Positions 10,335-18,334 of a stretch of DNA of 64,000 nucleotides are shown here, in pieces. Origin of the DNA: a virus; IMG/VR virus record IMGVR_UViG_3300042471_000650, positions 14,321 through 78,320 of that record; one strand, 5' to 3'. The position numbers and the translations under genes were made by a program. Each line of letters begins with the position of its first letter. The stretch's first letter is position 1. Under the pieces are notes generated by a model, which was not told where the DNA came from, did not search any database, and saw only the letters and a program-made list of their open reading frames with translations.

Positions 10335-11161
10335 ACTTCACAATTTGTAAAATCTATTTGACCATTTCTGGTTGCCCAGATTGGATACTCTTTACCATAA
10401 GTATTCCAAACATTTGCTTGTGCGTGACCAACCGGAATACCGGTCATTCCAGTAGCATTCCAAATTGTTTCATAGGTGTCATCCTCGTGAAAAGTAAAGT
10501 CGTGAGATTCTGCCTGCTGTTTCAAAAGCAAAGACAAGATAGATTGGTCGTGCCTATTTTCTATAAAAATGGAATCATTAGATAGACTTGAACGACTATC
10601 ATCTAAATACTTTCCACCATCCTCAACACAAATATCCATCCATTTCCTAACCAACTCTCTCATCATAAGAGTATTCTTGAGAAAGAAGATACCAGAAATA
10701 ATTTGCCGAGTCATCAGATATTCATCATTATCTCCAAGTATATGGCGATATGTGTCCATCTTCGTCCATTGAATCTCTGGTAGGTCTAGTGTAAAAAATA
10801 CACCTTCAGTCTCTACACATTCCTGATAATATTGCTGAAGTTTCTCTAATCCATTCTTATTCAACTCACAACCAGAATCCACATAAAGAAGAACCTCATT
10901 TTCAGGAATACTTTCAAGTGCTTTTAAAACAAAGTAAGGTTTACAAGCGTAATACCCATAATATCGTCCAGGCATTCCTAAACGAGGTGCCATCATTGGT
11001 TTGGCGTATTCTTCCCAGAATGCATTGTTTTCTAAATCAGATTCTCCAAATTCCAGAATAGAATCAAATACTTCAAAATTTTCTGCTTGTTTTTTAATTC
11101 TACTTTTACCTATAGAGAAATTTTCATCTCCAAAGTAAGTTAAATGCAACTTCATACACAC
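10331..11161 (-). CDS. Hypothetical GT-A-like protein
   Basis: KPY...LYVDSG...RHDQSILS motifs; first gene of the glycan operon. Confidence 0.6.
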   Translation of the reverse strand: MCMKLHLTYFGDENFSIGKSRIKKQAENFEVFDSILEFGESDLENNAFWEEYAKPMMAPRLGMPGRYYGYYACKPYFVLKALESIPENEVLLYVDSGCELNKNGLEKLQQYYQECVETEGVFFTLDLPEIQWTKMDTYRHILGDNDEYLMTRQIISGIFFLKNTLMMRELVRKWMDICVEDGGKYLDDSRSSLSNDSIFIENRHDQSILSLLLKQQAESHDFTFHEDDTYETIWNATGMTGIPVGHAQANVWNTYGKEYPIWATRNGQIDFTNCEV

Positions 11162-11178
11162 TAAAGTATTATTCTGGT

Positions 11179-11213
11179 ATTATAGCAAAAAAGGAGAGTT
11201 TATGCAACTCTCC
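11179..11213 (-). terminator. Intrinsic terminator overlapping a sigma70-like promoter (TTGCAT-17-TATAAT)
   Basis: GGAGAGTT-loop-AACTCTCC-TTTTTT on the minus strand. Confidence 0.75.
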
Positions 11214-11239
11214 CTTTAGTATATAACGGAGTTGCGCTT

Positions 11240-11339
11240 CTCCAGGTTGCTCGCCACTTGCCCTTTGACTGGAGGCAAGAAACCAGGCGGGGTTTCCCCA
11301 TCCGCACCACTTACTTTTTAATGGGAAAGCAAGAAACCA
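11240..11339 (-). ncRNA. wcaG-like structured RNA (two hairpin-UGGYG pseudoknot modules)
   Basis: Two TGGTTTCTTGC-stem-loop-TGGYG repeats with loop/downstream complementarity (UCCCAU/AUGGGG, CUCCAG/CUGGAG); lies upstream of gmd/fcl, as expected for the cyanophage wcaG motif. Confidence 0.7.
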
Positions 11340-11481
11340 AATACTTATACCACAAAATATCATAAAAATAGTAAAGTAGAAATAACCCAATATTTAAAAT
11401 AATTGATGTTGCAATTCCAGTAAATAATGAAGTGAACAAGATTGCAATTATTCTAAATCCTACTGCTTTAAAAAACAACAT
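11311..11481 (-). CDS. 56-aa membrane protein (DUF2061-like), not in the ORF track
   Basis: MLFFKAVGFRIIAILFTSLFTGIATSIILNIGLFLLYYFYDILWYKYLVSCFPIKK; ATG 5 nt after the upstream stop. Confidence 0.7.
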   Translation of the reverse strand: MLFFKAVGFRIIAILFTSLFTGIATSIILNIGLFLLYYFYDILWYKYLVSCFPIKK

Positions 11482-11486
11482 AGATT

Positions 11487-11987
11487 TTAATTTTTTGGTG
11501 GCATACTTGAGAAAAAGGTAAGTGTCATCCTACTGTTTTCTTTATTATCACCAAATAAATCGGTTGGTCCATGCATATTTCTTGCATTGTAGAAAATCAT
11601 TCTATTGAACACATTTTCTACAGATGATAGTAGATTGCGGTTATCATCATAAAATGATGTTCCAGTATTGGAAGGTGGGTTTGGTGTGAGATACACTAAC
11701 CCAGCATAATCGCAAAAATCAGGATGTACTTTCCATTGATGAAAATCATATGGACAAGTCCATTTATTCTTTTCTAGAGAATATCTAAAAACAAAATAAA
11801 ACCTTTCAATTTCTTTAGATTCACTAACGCAATTATGAATCATATTAGTAAACTTATTTGAAAGATTTTCATCAGTTACATAATGTGTATATCCCAGAAA
11901 AGGATCTTCAAAATATTCAGATTTAAGAGAAATGTCTCTTATTTCATCCGGATATTGGAAAAAATTTTCTACTATTTTAACGTTCAT
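11487..11987 (-). CDS. 2OG-Fe(II) oxygenase-like protein (DUF6445-like)
   Basis: HPD...AGLVYLTP...GTSFY...NRMIFY...H...R facial-triad pattern. Confidence 0.75.
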   Translation of the reverse strand: MNVKIVENFFQYPDEIRDISLKSEYFEDPFLGYTHYVTDENLSNKFTNMIHNCVSESKEIERFYFVFRYSLEKNKWTCPYDFHQWKVHPDFCDYAGLVYLTPNPPSNTGTSFYDDNRNLLSSVENVFNRMIFYNARNMHGPTDLFGDNKENSRMTLTFFSSMPPKN

Positions 11988-12013
11988 AAGAGGGGGTCTT
12001 TTGGTTCCACCAC

Positions 12014-12253
12014 CTAGTTTACCGACAAACTAGGAAAGGTTAGTTGAATGAGTTTTGGAACTTCAATTGCGGCATAGAAACCACAAAGAATGAGAATGTC
12101 CCAAAACTTATACTTGATTGCAAATGGAATGACAAAAGCATTTCCAACACATTTTACAAGTAATCCAACTCTGGGATCTCCCCATAAAAGGACAAAGTAT
12201 CCTGATAAGAGAAGAATGTTTCCAATGTATCTTGATACATCAGTATTTTTCAT
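12014..12253 (-). CDS. Small membrane protein
   Basis: Hydrophobic 79-aa ORF from MKNTDV. Confidence 0.7.
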   Translation of the reverse strand: MKNTDVSRYIGNILLLSGYFVLLWGDPRVGLLVKCVGNAFVIPFAIKYKFWDILILCGFYAAIEVPKLIQLTFPSLSVN

Positions 12254-12278
12254 AAGGGTTTGCTCCCGACCAGTACTT

Positions 12279-12548
12279 TTAGAGACTCTCCGTGTCTTCA
12301 TCATCTCCTTTCACATAAGCAGGAACCCTATCAGGATCTAACCAGCAAGTATAAGAAAAATCCTCCATTGCAGTCATAAGTTGCATTTCATTGTCCAAAA
12401 GATACATATCTCGGTATCTTCCAGTATATGAGTCTACTTTCTGAATGCGATAGTCAGGTTTGCCATTGATTTCTAGAATGCCGCATTGAATATAGCGATA
12501 TGGAAACCGCTCAAGAAGAACGGTTGGTTTCCTAACAACTTTCATCAA
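12279..12548 (-). CDS. Conserved cyanophage hypothetical protein
   Basis: 89-aa ORF coupled to the upstream gene. Confidence 0.75.
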   Translation of the reverse strand: MMKVVRKPTVLLERFPYRYIQCGILEINGKPDYRIQKVDSYTGRYRDMYLLDNEMQLMTAMEDFSYTCWLDPDRVPAYVKGDDEDTESL

Positions 12549-12760
12549 GCAACCTCTACAGTTTCAAGATCTTGAGCGACATACTCCATAAGCATTTCAT
12601 AGTCGTCCAGAGGGTCACCCGAAAATACAACCCCTACATTTTCATAGTAGCGGCGCACCTTTTTATAAAGTTTCGGATTCTTTACATCAAGGTAGATTTC
12701 CCCGTTAGCAGCAAGACGAAGAGTGCTAACATCTTTCTTGAATTTTGAGATCAGAGACAT
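12545..12760 (-). CDS. Conserved cyanophage hypothetical protein
   Basis: 71-aa ORF directly downstream of a consensus promoter. Confidence 0.75.
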   Translation of the reverse strand: MSLISKFKKDVSTLRLAANGEIYLDVKNPKLYKKVRRYYENVGVVFSGDPLDDYEMLMEYVAQDLETVEVA

Positions 12761-12783
12761 TGTTTTGTTTTGTTTGCTCTAGT

Positions 12784-12836
12784 ATTATAAGGTGTTTGAG
12801 ACTTTATGTCAAGTGTGCCAGTGAAGAAACTGGCAA
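12784..12836 (-). promoter_or_regulatory. sigma70 promoter TTGACA-17-TATAAT with upstream 22-bp palindrome
   Basis: Perfect consensus; GTGCCAGT-N6-ACTGGCAA at 12815-12836. Confidence 0.85.
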
Positions 12837-12908
12837 TCCAGAAGGTTGGGATCGAACCAACGTCTTCACCGCCCCAAACGGTGCCGTCTACCGCTGACTT
12901 ACTCCTGG
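12837..12908 (-). tRNA. tRNA-Pro(TGG)
   Basis: Cloverleaf: CCAGGAG/CTTCTGG acceptor stem, CACCG-TTTGGGG-CGGTG anticodon arm, TTCGATC T-loop; own TTGACA-17-TATAAT promoter at about 12939-12967. Confidence 0.92.
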
Positions 12909-13029
12909 TTACACCGTTATTTAGTTCGGTGTATAAGCATTATACCCATAACGGGCGGAACTGTCAAGCACATCCCAATGATAAAGAGTCCTATCGGACT
13001 ATTCAATATAGTTTCTACAATATGAAAAA

Positions 13030-13215
13030 TCATACCCCCCTCCAATTTTTATATTCGTAATGAAAGTATTGGTCTACTGTATTATCCAGTGGTGGTGTTA
13101 CATCCCAATCTGACCATTCTCTACAAAACTGTTTGATATATTCATCATTCAATACACTTCTACCATAAGACCTTACAAAACAGGTCATAGCAAAACTATA
13201 TCTTTGCTTATCCAT
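13030..13215 (-). CDS. Hypothetical protein
   Basis: 61-aa ORF in a coupled small-gene array. Confidence 0.65.
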   Translation of the reverse strand: MDKQRYSFAMTCFVRSYGRSVLNDEYIKQFCREWSDWDVTPPLDNTVDQYFHYEYKNWRGV

Positions 13216-13294
13216 ATGCGTGAGTCAAACCCCATTGAATGAATAAAGCGATTGTCAAAAAAAGTATAACTGCTGATATTAAAGTATTAGTCAT
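13208..13294 (-). CDS. 28-aa single-TM peptide
   Basis: MTNTLISAVILFLTIALFIQWGLTHAYG; overlaps both neighbours. Confidence 0.5.
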   Translation of the reverse strand: MTNTLISAVILFLTIALFIQWGLTHAYG

Positions 13295-13400
13295 CTTCTT
13301 CGTCCTCATAAGTTGAAGGTTCTTCAAAAAGTTCTTCTATTTTTTGTTTGAAAACTCTTTTTTGGAGTTCTTTTATATCTTCTTCTGTAATTGTTGCCAT
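13287..13400 (-). CDS. Small acidic hypothetical protein
   Basis: MATITEEDIKELQKRVFKQKIEELFEEPSTYEDEEDD; TAATG coupling. Confidence 0.6.
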   Translation of the reverse strand: MATITEEDIKELQKRVFKQKIEELFEEPSTYEDEEDD

Positions 13401-13603
13401 TAATTTAATGTAATTTTAAGAAATGGTAGTAATGGTGGAATAATTCCAATCAACCTTAATAGTCCTTCAGCAAATAAAGCAAGAACCACCCAACCGACGC
13501 ACATACTAATGATAGAAGCATTACGATTGTGTCTCCGTATAGCAGCATCGATCATCTCCTGAACTTCAGAACGACTCACATATTCATCATAAGGTTCCAT
13601 CAC
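13400..13603 (-). CDS. Conserved cyanophage membrane protein
   Basis: EVQEMIDAAIRRHNRNASIIS followed by a TM helix. Confidence 0.7.
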   Translation of the reverse strand: MMEPYDEYVSRSEVQEMIDAAIRRHNRNASIISMCVGWVVLALFAEGLLRLIGIIPPLLPFLKITLN

Positions 13604-13749
13604 TTTTCATCTCCAAGATACTTTGCGAGAGGATCTCTTTTAGTTTTGACTATTTCACACGCTCTTCGGTAAAACATATTATCAGTATTACCAGAAGATT
13701 CAAAAGTTGCCTTGATCTTCACCCAATTTTGGTAAGTGTGGTCATCCAT
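13600..13749 (-). CDS. Small conserved cyanophage protein
   Basis: MDDHTYQNWVKIKATFESSGNTDNMFYRRA..., 49 aa. Confidence 0.65.
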   Translation of the reverse strand: MDDHTYQNWVKIKATFESSGNTDNMFYRRACEIVKTKRDPLAKYLGDEK

Positions 13750-13846
13750 TGGGATTTAAGTTGAATACTACTAGTTATGCTAGTGAGTATTTTGGCGGTG
13801 TCAACTATGTTAGGATTTGATGATAGTGGTTAAGAAAATATTAAAT

Positions 13847-14083
13847 TCAGAGTCCCAGAAGTTCTTTGAGTTCTTCTACTGTAAGTCCTGCTGCTTCAAG
13901 TTTTTGTTGTGGTGTTAGAGGTTCTGGTTCAGGTTCTGGGTCTGGTGGTAATGGTTCGTTTCCTTCTTCTAACCATTTTAGGTATTCTTCCCATCTTGTA
14001 GCGTCACCAGACATTCTAATTAGTCCATCATCATCTATTTTACCAACGATAGTTTGTTCTTGATTTAAAAATTTGTAATTCAT
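13847..14083 (-). CDS. Tail-fibre-associated small protein (assembly chaperone-like)
   Basis: YLKWLEEGNEPLPPD motif; coupled to the tail fibre gene. Confidence 0.65.
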   Translation of the reverse strand: MNYKFLNQEQTIVGKIDDDGLIRMSGDATRWEEYLKWLEEGNEPLPPDPEPEPEPLTPQQKLEAAGLTVEELKELLGL

Positions 14084-15426
14084 AGTTCTGCGCTCCATCC
14101 TAGATATGCAGCAGTATTTGCTGCAACAGCATAAGTTGAATTACCCGCAGTTAATCCACCTGAAACAGTAAAAGCTGTTTCTCCGTACCATAATCCAGCT
14201 ATATTATATGATGGTACGGCAGTGCAAACAATACCCGACCCAACAGAGTTAAAAATTTGATAATGACTTGCAGTTCCACTTTGTTCTACACTAGTGGGAA
14301 CAGTTCGCATTTCCACTGGAAAAGGAGTTACTGCAATCGCTCCGTTAGAAGCATATGCAAATCCTGAGGTAGATAATCTAGAATTTGAGATATCACGTTT
14401 TACACGATAGTAATACCGCTGACACAATGCCAGTTCTTGTCCATAACTTCTTCTCTCAAACGGGGTAGCAACGGTTCCTGCTTCTAGTTGAACTCCAGTG
14501 ATTTGCCAAGTTCTACCAGCAGTTCCCATAATATTAGTTGTTCCACTTGCTCCTCTATTTGCAGCAGCTCCATTAAACCAAGTATTGAAAGAAGTGGTGG
14601 TTGAAGCTCCACCACCGTCTCCTAAATGCCAATATACTCTCATCCATCCATTGATTCCGTTATCATCAACAATTCCATAACTCGTATCACCAACAAAAGT
14701 CATAGTTTTATATTCCCAAGTATTAGTTGAGTTAACTGTGTATGTAACATTGTTCCATCTTTCTTGAACACCATCATAATGTGTCATATTAACTGTATAA
14801 AGACCGGCAACACTCGCCTTTACCCAAAAAGATAACGTAACAGGACTAGCAGATGAAGTTCCCCATTTTAAATCGCTAACATTAAATCCTTCAATTCTTT
14901 GATGAAATGCCCCCCAATTAGTTGTGCCTCCAAAAGTTGTAGACCCAGCTGTATATTTTACCGAACTAATAAATCCTACGGGAGCATCAGCAACTCTTTG
15001 TATTGATCCTGCATTTGATGAAACGGATTGTTCAAAAGAAAATCTATCCACTGGAAATGTATTAGAAGATGTGGTGACGTTAACGCTTGCCCCAGCATTT
15101 CTTTGATCAATTCTAAAATCTCCATTAATAATTCTATTCCTTGCACCAGAAAGAGGACCGTCATTTACTGAACCAATATAAGCAGTAGTAATACCAGCTG
15201 TTGTTACACCTACAATACTTGTTGCTCTTAAAGTTGTAACAGTAGAAACTCCACTACTATTAACGTTGCCATTAACATTACCAGTTACATTCCCAACAAA
15301 CCCACTCGCAGTAACAATACCAGTTGCATTTAAGTTCGTTACAGCAGACAATTCGGCACCACTGACGGTCAAGGCACCATCAATCGCTGTAATAGTATCA
15401 GTATTTCCGTTTATCTGAATACCCAT
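14080..15426 (-). CDS. Tail fibre / receptor-binding-like protein
   Basis: Gly/Thr-rich N-terminus, RNRIINGDFRIDQR and ITGVQLEAGTVATPFERRSYGQELALCQRYY motifs; late promoter TATAAATA at 15448-15455. Confidence 0.8.
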   Translation of the reverse strand: MGIQINGNTDTITAIDGALTVSGAELSAVTNLNATGIVTASGFVGNVTGNVNGNVNSSGVSTVTTLRATSIVGVTTAGITTAYIGSVNDGPLSGARNRIINGDFRIDQRNAGASVNVTTSSNTFPVDRFSFEQSVSSNAGSIQRVADAPVGFISSVKYTAGSTTFGGTTNWGAFHQRIEGFNVSDLKWGTSSASPVTLSFWVKASVAGLYTVNMTHYDGVQERWNNVTYTVNSTNTWEYKTMTFVGDTSYGIVDDNGINGWMRVYWHLGDGGGASTTTSFNTWFNGAAANRGASGTTNIMGTAGRTWQITGVQLEAGTVATPFERRSYGQELALCQRYYYRVKRDISNSRLSTSGFAYASNGAIAVTPFPVEMRTVPTSVEQSGTASHYQIFNSVGSGIVCTAVPSYNIAGLWYGETAFTVSGGLTAGNSTYAVAANTAAYLGWSAEL

Positions 15427-15458
15427 TAGTCTCAAAGACTTTTCTGGTATTTATAAAG

Positions 15459-15541
15459 CGGAGAGAACAGGAATCGAACCTGCGAAGCTTTTACACCCAG
15501 CCGCTTTCAAGGCGGTGTCCTCGACCAACCGGACTCTCTCC
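15459..15541 (-). tRNA. tRNA-Ser(TGA), atypical D-arm junction
   Basis: GGAGAGA/TCTCTCC acceptor stem, CTTGAAA loop, long variable arm, GGTTCGATTCC; TTGACA-17-TATATT promoter upstream. Confidence 0.85.
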
Positions 15542-15579
15542 ATATGTTATAATATACTATATGTATTTGATTTTGTCAA

Positions 15580-16188
15580 GTGTTTATCAAACCATCACAA
15601 AAAAGAATTGAATTTGAAAGACTTCTGCACGAACTTGGATATAAGGACCGACTACCAGTCTATCCAAAAGAAGATAAAAGATATCAACAAGTCAATTTCA
15701 AGTGCTCTGATGGAGCAATGGCAATTTACACATTCATCATACTCTATCAAACTAAAAAAAGTTATTTGTATTTAGAGTTTAAAGACCATTATAATTCACC
15801 AAATCTGAAAGAAAAAATTCAATCCCTTGCAGAAAAGATTCACTTTCACGAAAAAACCAGAGTTGCTGAAGTTGGTTGGGAAGTCAAGTATACAAAGCAA
15901 CCAGATGAGTTTTCATTAGAAGAAAGAAAACAAATCTTCTATCACTTTATGAAATACACATATCAAAATCTTGAAGAAGGTATGGTAAATCTTTCCCCAA
16001 GACCTGGTGATATTTTAGCAGCAAAACCTCACGGTCCAAAAATCAATGAAGGGTTTACAGAGTCTTCATTAGTAATTGGAAAGCACCAGAGGTCTTTGGT
16101 TGCTCGTAAATTTGGATTTGGTGAATTACAAGAAGATGGATTCCAATACGCTCGTTATGATGAAAACTGCGTATTGAAACCTATCTGA
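15580..16188 (+). CDS. Hypothetical protein
   Basis: 202-aa plus-strand ORF filling the gap; start uncertain. Confidence 0.6.
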   Translation: MFIKPSQKRIEFERLLHELGYKDRLPVYPKEDKRYQQVNFKCSDGAMAIYTFIILYQTKKSYLYLEFKDHYNSPNLKEKIQSLAEKIHFHEKTRVAEVGWEVKYTKQPDEFSLEERKQIFYHFMKYTYQNLEEGMVNLSPRPGDILAAKPHGPKINEGFTESSLVIGKHQRSLVARKFGFGELQEDGFQYARYDENCVLKPI

Positions 16189-16438
16189 CTTCAAAATCAA
16201 GTCGTCTTACTTTACGCTGCCTTCTTTCTTCTTGCCACATAATATCAGCATTTGACAAAACATTATTTTTTTGTTTTGCTTGTGGAGAATTAATCATCAC
16301 CACTTGCCCTAAATCAAGTGCCGTAATGACACCATTACGAATCGTTGCCATATTTGGACAACCACAAGATACTGACTTTCCAGAGACGCCTTCTAACTCC
16401 TTACCACAGGAGCGGCATCTGATTTTAATGTTTTCCAT
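16181..16438 (-). CDS. Small zinc-ribbon hypothetical protein
   Basis: CRSC...CGC motif. Confidence 0.7.
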   Translation of the reverse strand: MENIKIRCRSCGKELEGVSGKSVSCGCPNMATIRNGVITALDLGQVVMINSPQAKQKNNVLSNADIMWQEERRQRKVRRLDFEVR

Positions 16439-16444
16439 TTAATT

Positions 16445-16879
16445 TCATTCAGTAAAAGATCTTAACATCCAAATAAACTTTCCGTGTGCTTCATTTAAGT
16501 CATCAACAAGATTTGTAGTGCCTCTTGATTTTTGCGATTCTGCTTCTTCTGCAACCTGCCCCAAAAGATCTACAATTTGCTGATTACACTTAATGAGGTC
16601 ATTCACCATACCCATTGCATTCAAAGAACTATCTGCTTCTTCAACTTGAGAAACTTCAGTAATTCTTGTGAGAGTGCTAACTGGTTTAACTTTAAGAAAC
16701 CTCATATGCTCGGTGAGACGGTCAATCTCTTCGAACATTTCCTCATATTGTTCACCAAAAACTTTATGGAATTGGTAAAAGTCTGTCCCTACCACATTCC
16801 AGTGATAAACCCAGGTCTTTTGAAACAATACAAAAAGACTTGCTTGAGTATCAGAAAGTAATTTATATAACTTTTCCAT
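16445..16879 (-). CDS. dps: Dps / ferritin-like DNA-protection protein
   Basis: HWNVVG..F..FH..F.E.Y...D...E ferroxidase motif and C-terminal WML; late promoter TATAAATA at 16897-16904. Confidence 0.9.
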   Translation of the reverse strand: MEKLYKLLSDTQASLFVLFQKTWVYHWNVVGTDFYQFHKVFGEQYEEMFEEIDRLTEHMRFLKVKPVSTLTRITEVSQVEEADSSLNAMGMVNDLIKCNQQIVDLLGQVAEEAESQKSRGTTNLVDDLNEAHGKFIWMLRSFTE

Positions 16880-16905
16880 TATACCAGTTTTTTAGGTATT
16901 TATAA

Positions 16906-16977
16906 TGGGCGGTGAGGGATTCGAACCCCCGTCCCTTTCGGTGTAAACGAAACGCGCTACCACTGTGCCAACCGCCC
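16906..16977 (-). tRNA. tRNA-Val(TAC)
   Basis: GGGCGGT/ACCGCCC acceptor stem, TTTCG-TTTACAC-CGAAA anticodon arm. Confidence 0.93.
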
Positions 16978-16985
16978 ATAAAAAG

Positions 16986-17150
16986 TCAAGACTGACTTAA
17001 CATATATTCTACTGTATTTGCAATATCATTCATAGCATCACGAAGATTTTCTCTTTGACCCGACTCTTGTTTAATGATTGGACGAAAATCCTGAACAAGA
17101 GTCCAACGCCAAAGATTCATATCTTTACAGTGCCAGAGATTAATTTTCAT
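16986..17150 (-). CDS. Small conserved cyanophage protein
   Basis: MKINLWHCKDMNLWRWTL...QESGQRENLRDAMNDIANTVEY, 54 aa. Confidence 0.7.
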   Translation of the reverse strand: MKINLWHCKDMNLWRWTLVQDFRPIIKQESGQRENLRDAMNDIANTVEYMLSQS

Positions 17151-17298
17151 TTTTAAAGTGCTCTAGTTCAATCCAGCGAAGAAGAGTATTAAACGCTGTA
17201 ATAGATGCTTGAGTGCAATTATCTTCTTCTAATTTACGAATATAATACTCAAGTGCTTCAATGACCATTTCACGGTCCATTTGAGAAATGAGAGACAT
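17140..17298 (-). CDS. Small hypothetical protein
   Basis: MSLISQMDREMVIEALEYY..., with AGGAGG RBS and a consensus promoter upstream. Confidence 0.75.
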   Translation of the reverse strand: MSLISQMDREMVIEALEYYIRKLEEDNCTQASITAFNTLLRWIELEHFKNEN

Positions 17299-17319
17299 AA
17301 ACCTCCTGACTCGATACTT

Positions 17320-17357
17320 ATTATACTAAAGGGGGGAGTCTTTGTCAACCCCCCCCC
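17320..17357 (-). promoter_or_regulatory. pstS terminator hairpin containing the -35 of a TTGACA-17-TATAAT promoter
   Basis: GGGGGGG-TTGACAAAGAC-TCCCCCC-TTT followed by TATAAT. Confidence 0.8.
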
Positions 17358-17365
17358 TATGTATA

Positions 17366-18334
17366 TTACTGACCGATACGATTTACAGCAAGTCGTGAGC
17401 GATTCAAAATGCTTCCAGAAAGAGGCACATAACCCAAGTCATCAGCAATTCCTTGTGCCTTACCACTCAAAGCATAATTGATGGCAGCACGAATATCACT
17501 TGCTTTAGCACCATTACCATTCTTATAAGCAAGAATCCAAGTCAAAGTAGAAATTGGATAAGCATTTACACCAGCAGGATTTGGGTCTTCACCAGCAAGA
17601 GTTACAGGATCAAGTTTGATGTTATTCAATGCTGCAGCACCAGACTTTGCGGTAGGAAGAACAAACTTACCTGCCTTATTCTGAATTGCTGCTGCCTGAA
17701 GACGATTTGCCTTCACAAATCCAGTATTCACATAACCAATAGCACCAGGAGTTTGTCGGATGTTTCCAGCAACACCTTCGTTACCTTTTCCACCAACACC
17801 AACAGTCCACTTGACTGCCTTACCTACACCAGGACCCCAACCACCAAAAGCATCCAGAGAATTAGTGAATGCAAAAGTAGTTCCAGACCCATCAGAACGA
17901 TATACGACCCTCATCGGACCTGCAGCACAACCGACTTGTTTCCAGTCCTTAATACGACCAGAGAAAATGTCAACGGTTTGTTTTTGAGTCAGTTTCAGAT
18001 TACAACCAGGTTTGTTATAGGCAACTGCAATAGTGCCACCAACCATAGGAATCTGAACGACACCGCGCTTGACCTTTGCTGCTTCTGATGCCTTGATAGG
18101 TTCATCAGAGGCACCAAAGTCAACAGTTCCTGCAATATATTGACGGACACCAGCACCAGAACCAACTGACTGATAATTTACACGATTACCAGTTTGTTGA
18201 GAATAATCTTGGAACCAACGTTGATAGATGGGTGCAGGGAAAGTTGCACCAGCACCATTCAGAGCAGGTCCAGCAAGTGCAGCAAAAGGAGTGGCAATAA
18301 GACTTGCTGCAAAAATTTTAGTAGCGAGTTTCAT
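17366..18334 (-). CDS. pstS: Phosphate-binding periplasmic protein PstS
   Basis: Signal peptide; GAGATFP, YQSVGSGAG, DFGASD and RSDGSGTT motifs. Confidence 0.97.
   Translation of the reverse strand: MKLATKIFAASLIATPFAALAGPALNGAGATFPAPIYQRWFQDYSQQTGNRVNYQSVGSGAGVRQYIAGTVDFGASDEPIKASEAAKVKRGVVQIPMVGGTIAVAYNKPGCNLKLTQKQTVDIFSGRIKDWKQVGCAAGPMRVVYRSDGSGTTFAFTNSLDAFGGWGPGVGKAVKWTVGVGGKGNEGVAGNIRQTPGAIGYVNTGFVKANRLQAAAIQNKAGKFVLPTAKSGAAALNNIKLDPVTLAGEDPNPAGVNAYPISTLTWILAYKNGNGAKASDIRAAINYALSGKAQGIADDLGYVPLSGSILNRSRLAVNRIGQ

Noticed and set aside
11169-11390. 73-aa minus-strand ORF in the track
   Set aside because: Runs through the structured RNA and terminator and lacks a convincing start. The 11311..11481 frame has a coupled ATG and a DUF2061-like sequence.
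14080-15426. Diversity-generating retroelement target
   Set aside because: No reverse transcriptase or template/variable repeat pair seen in the window.
17453-18088. 211-aa plus-strand ORF and similar ORFs over the porin
   Set aside because: Antisense shadows of the strongly codon-biased pstS and som genes.
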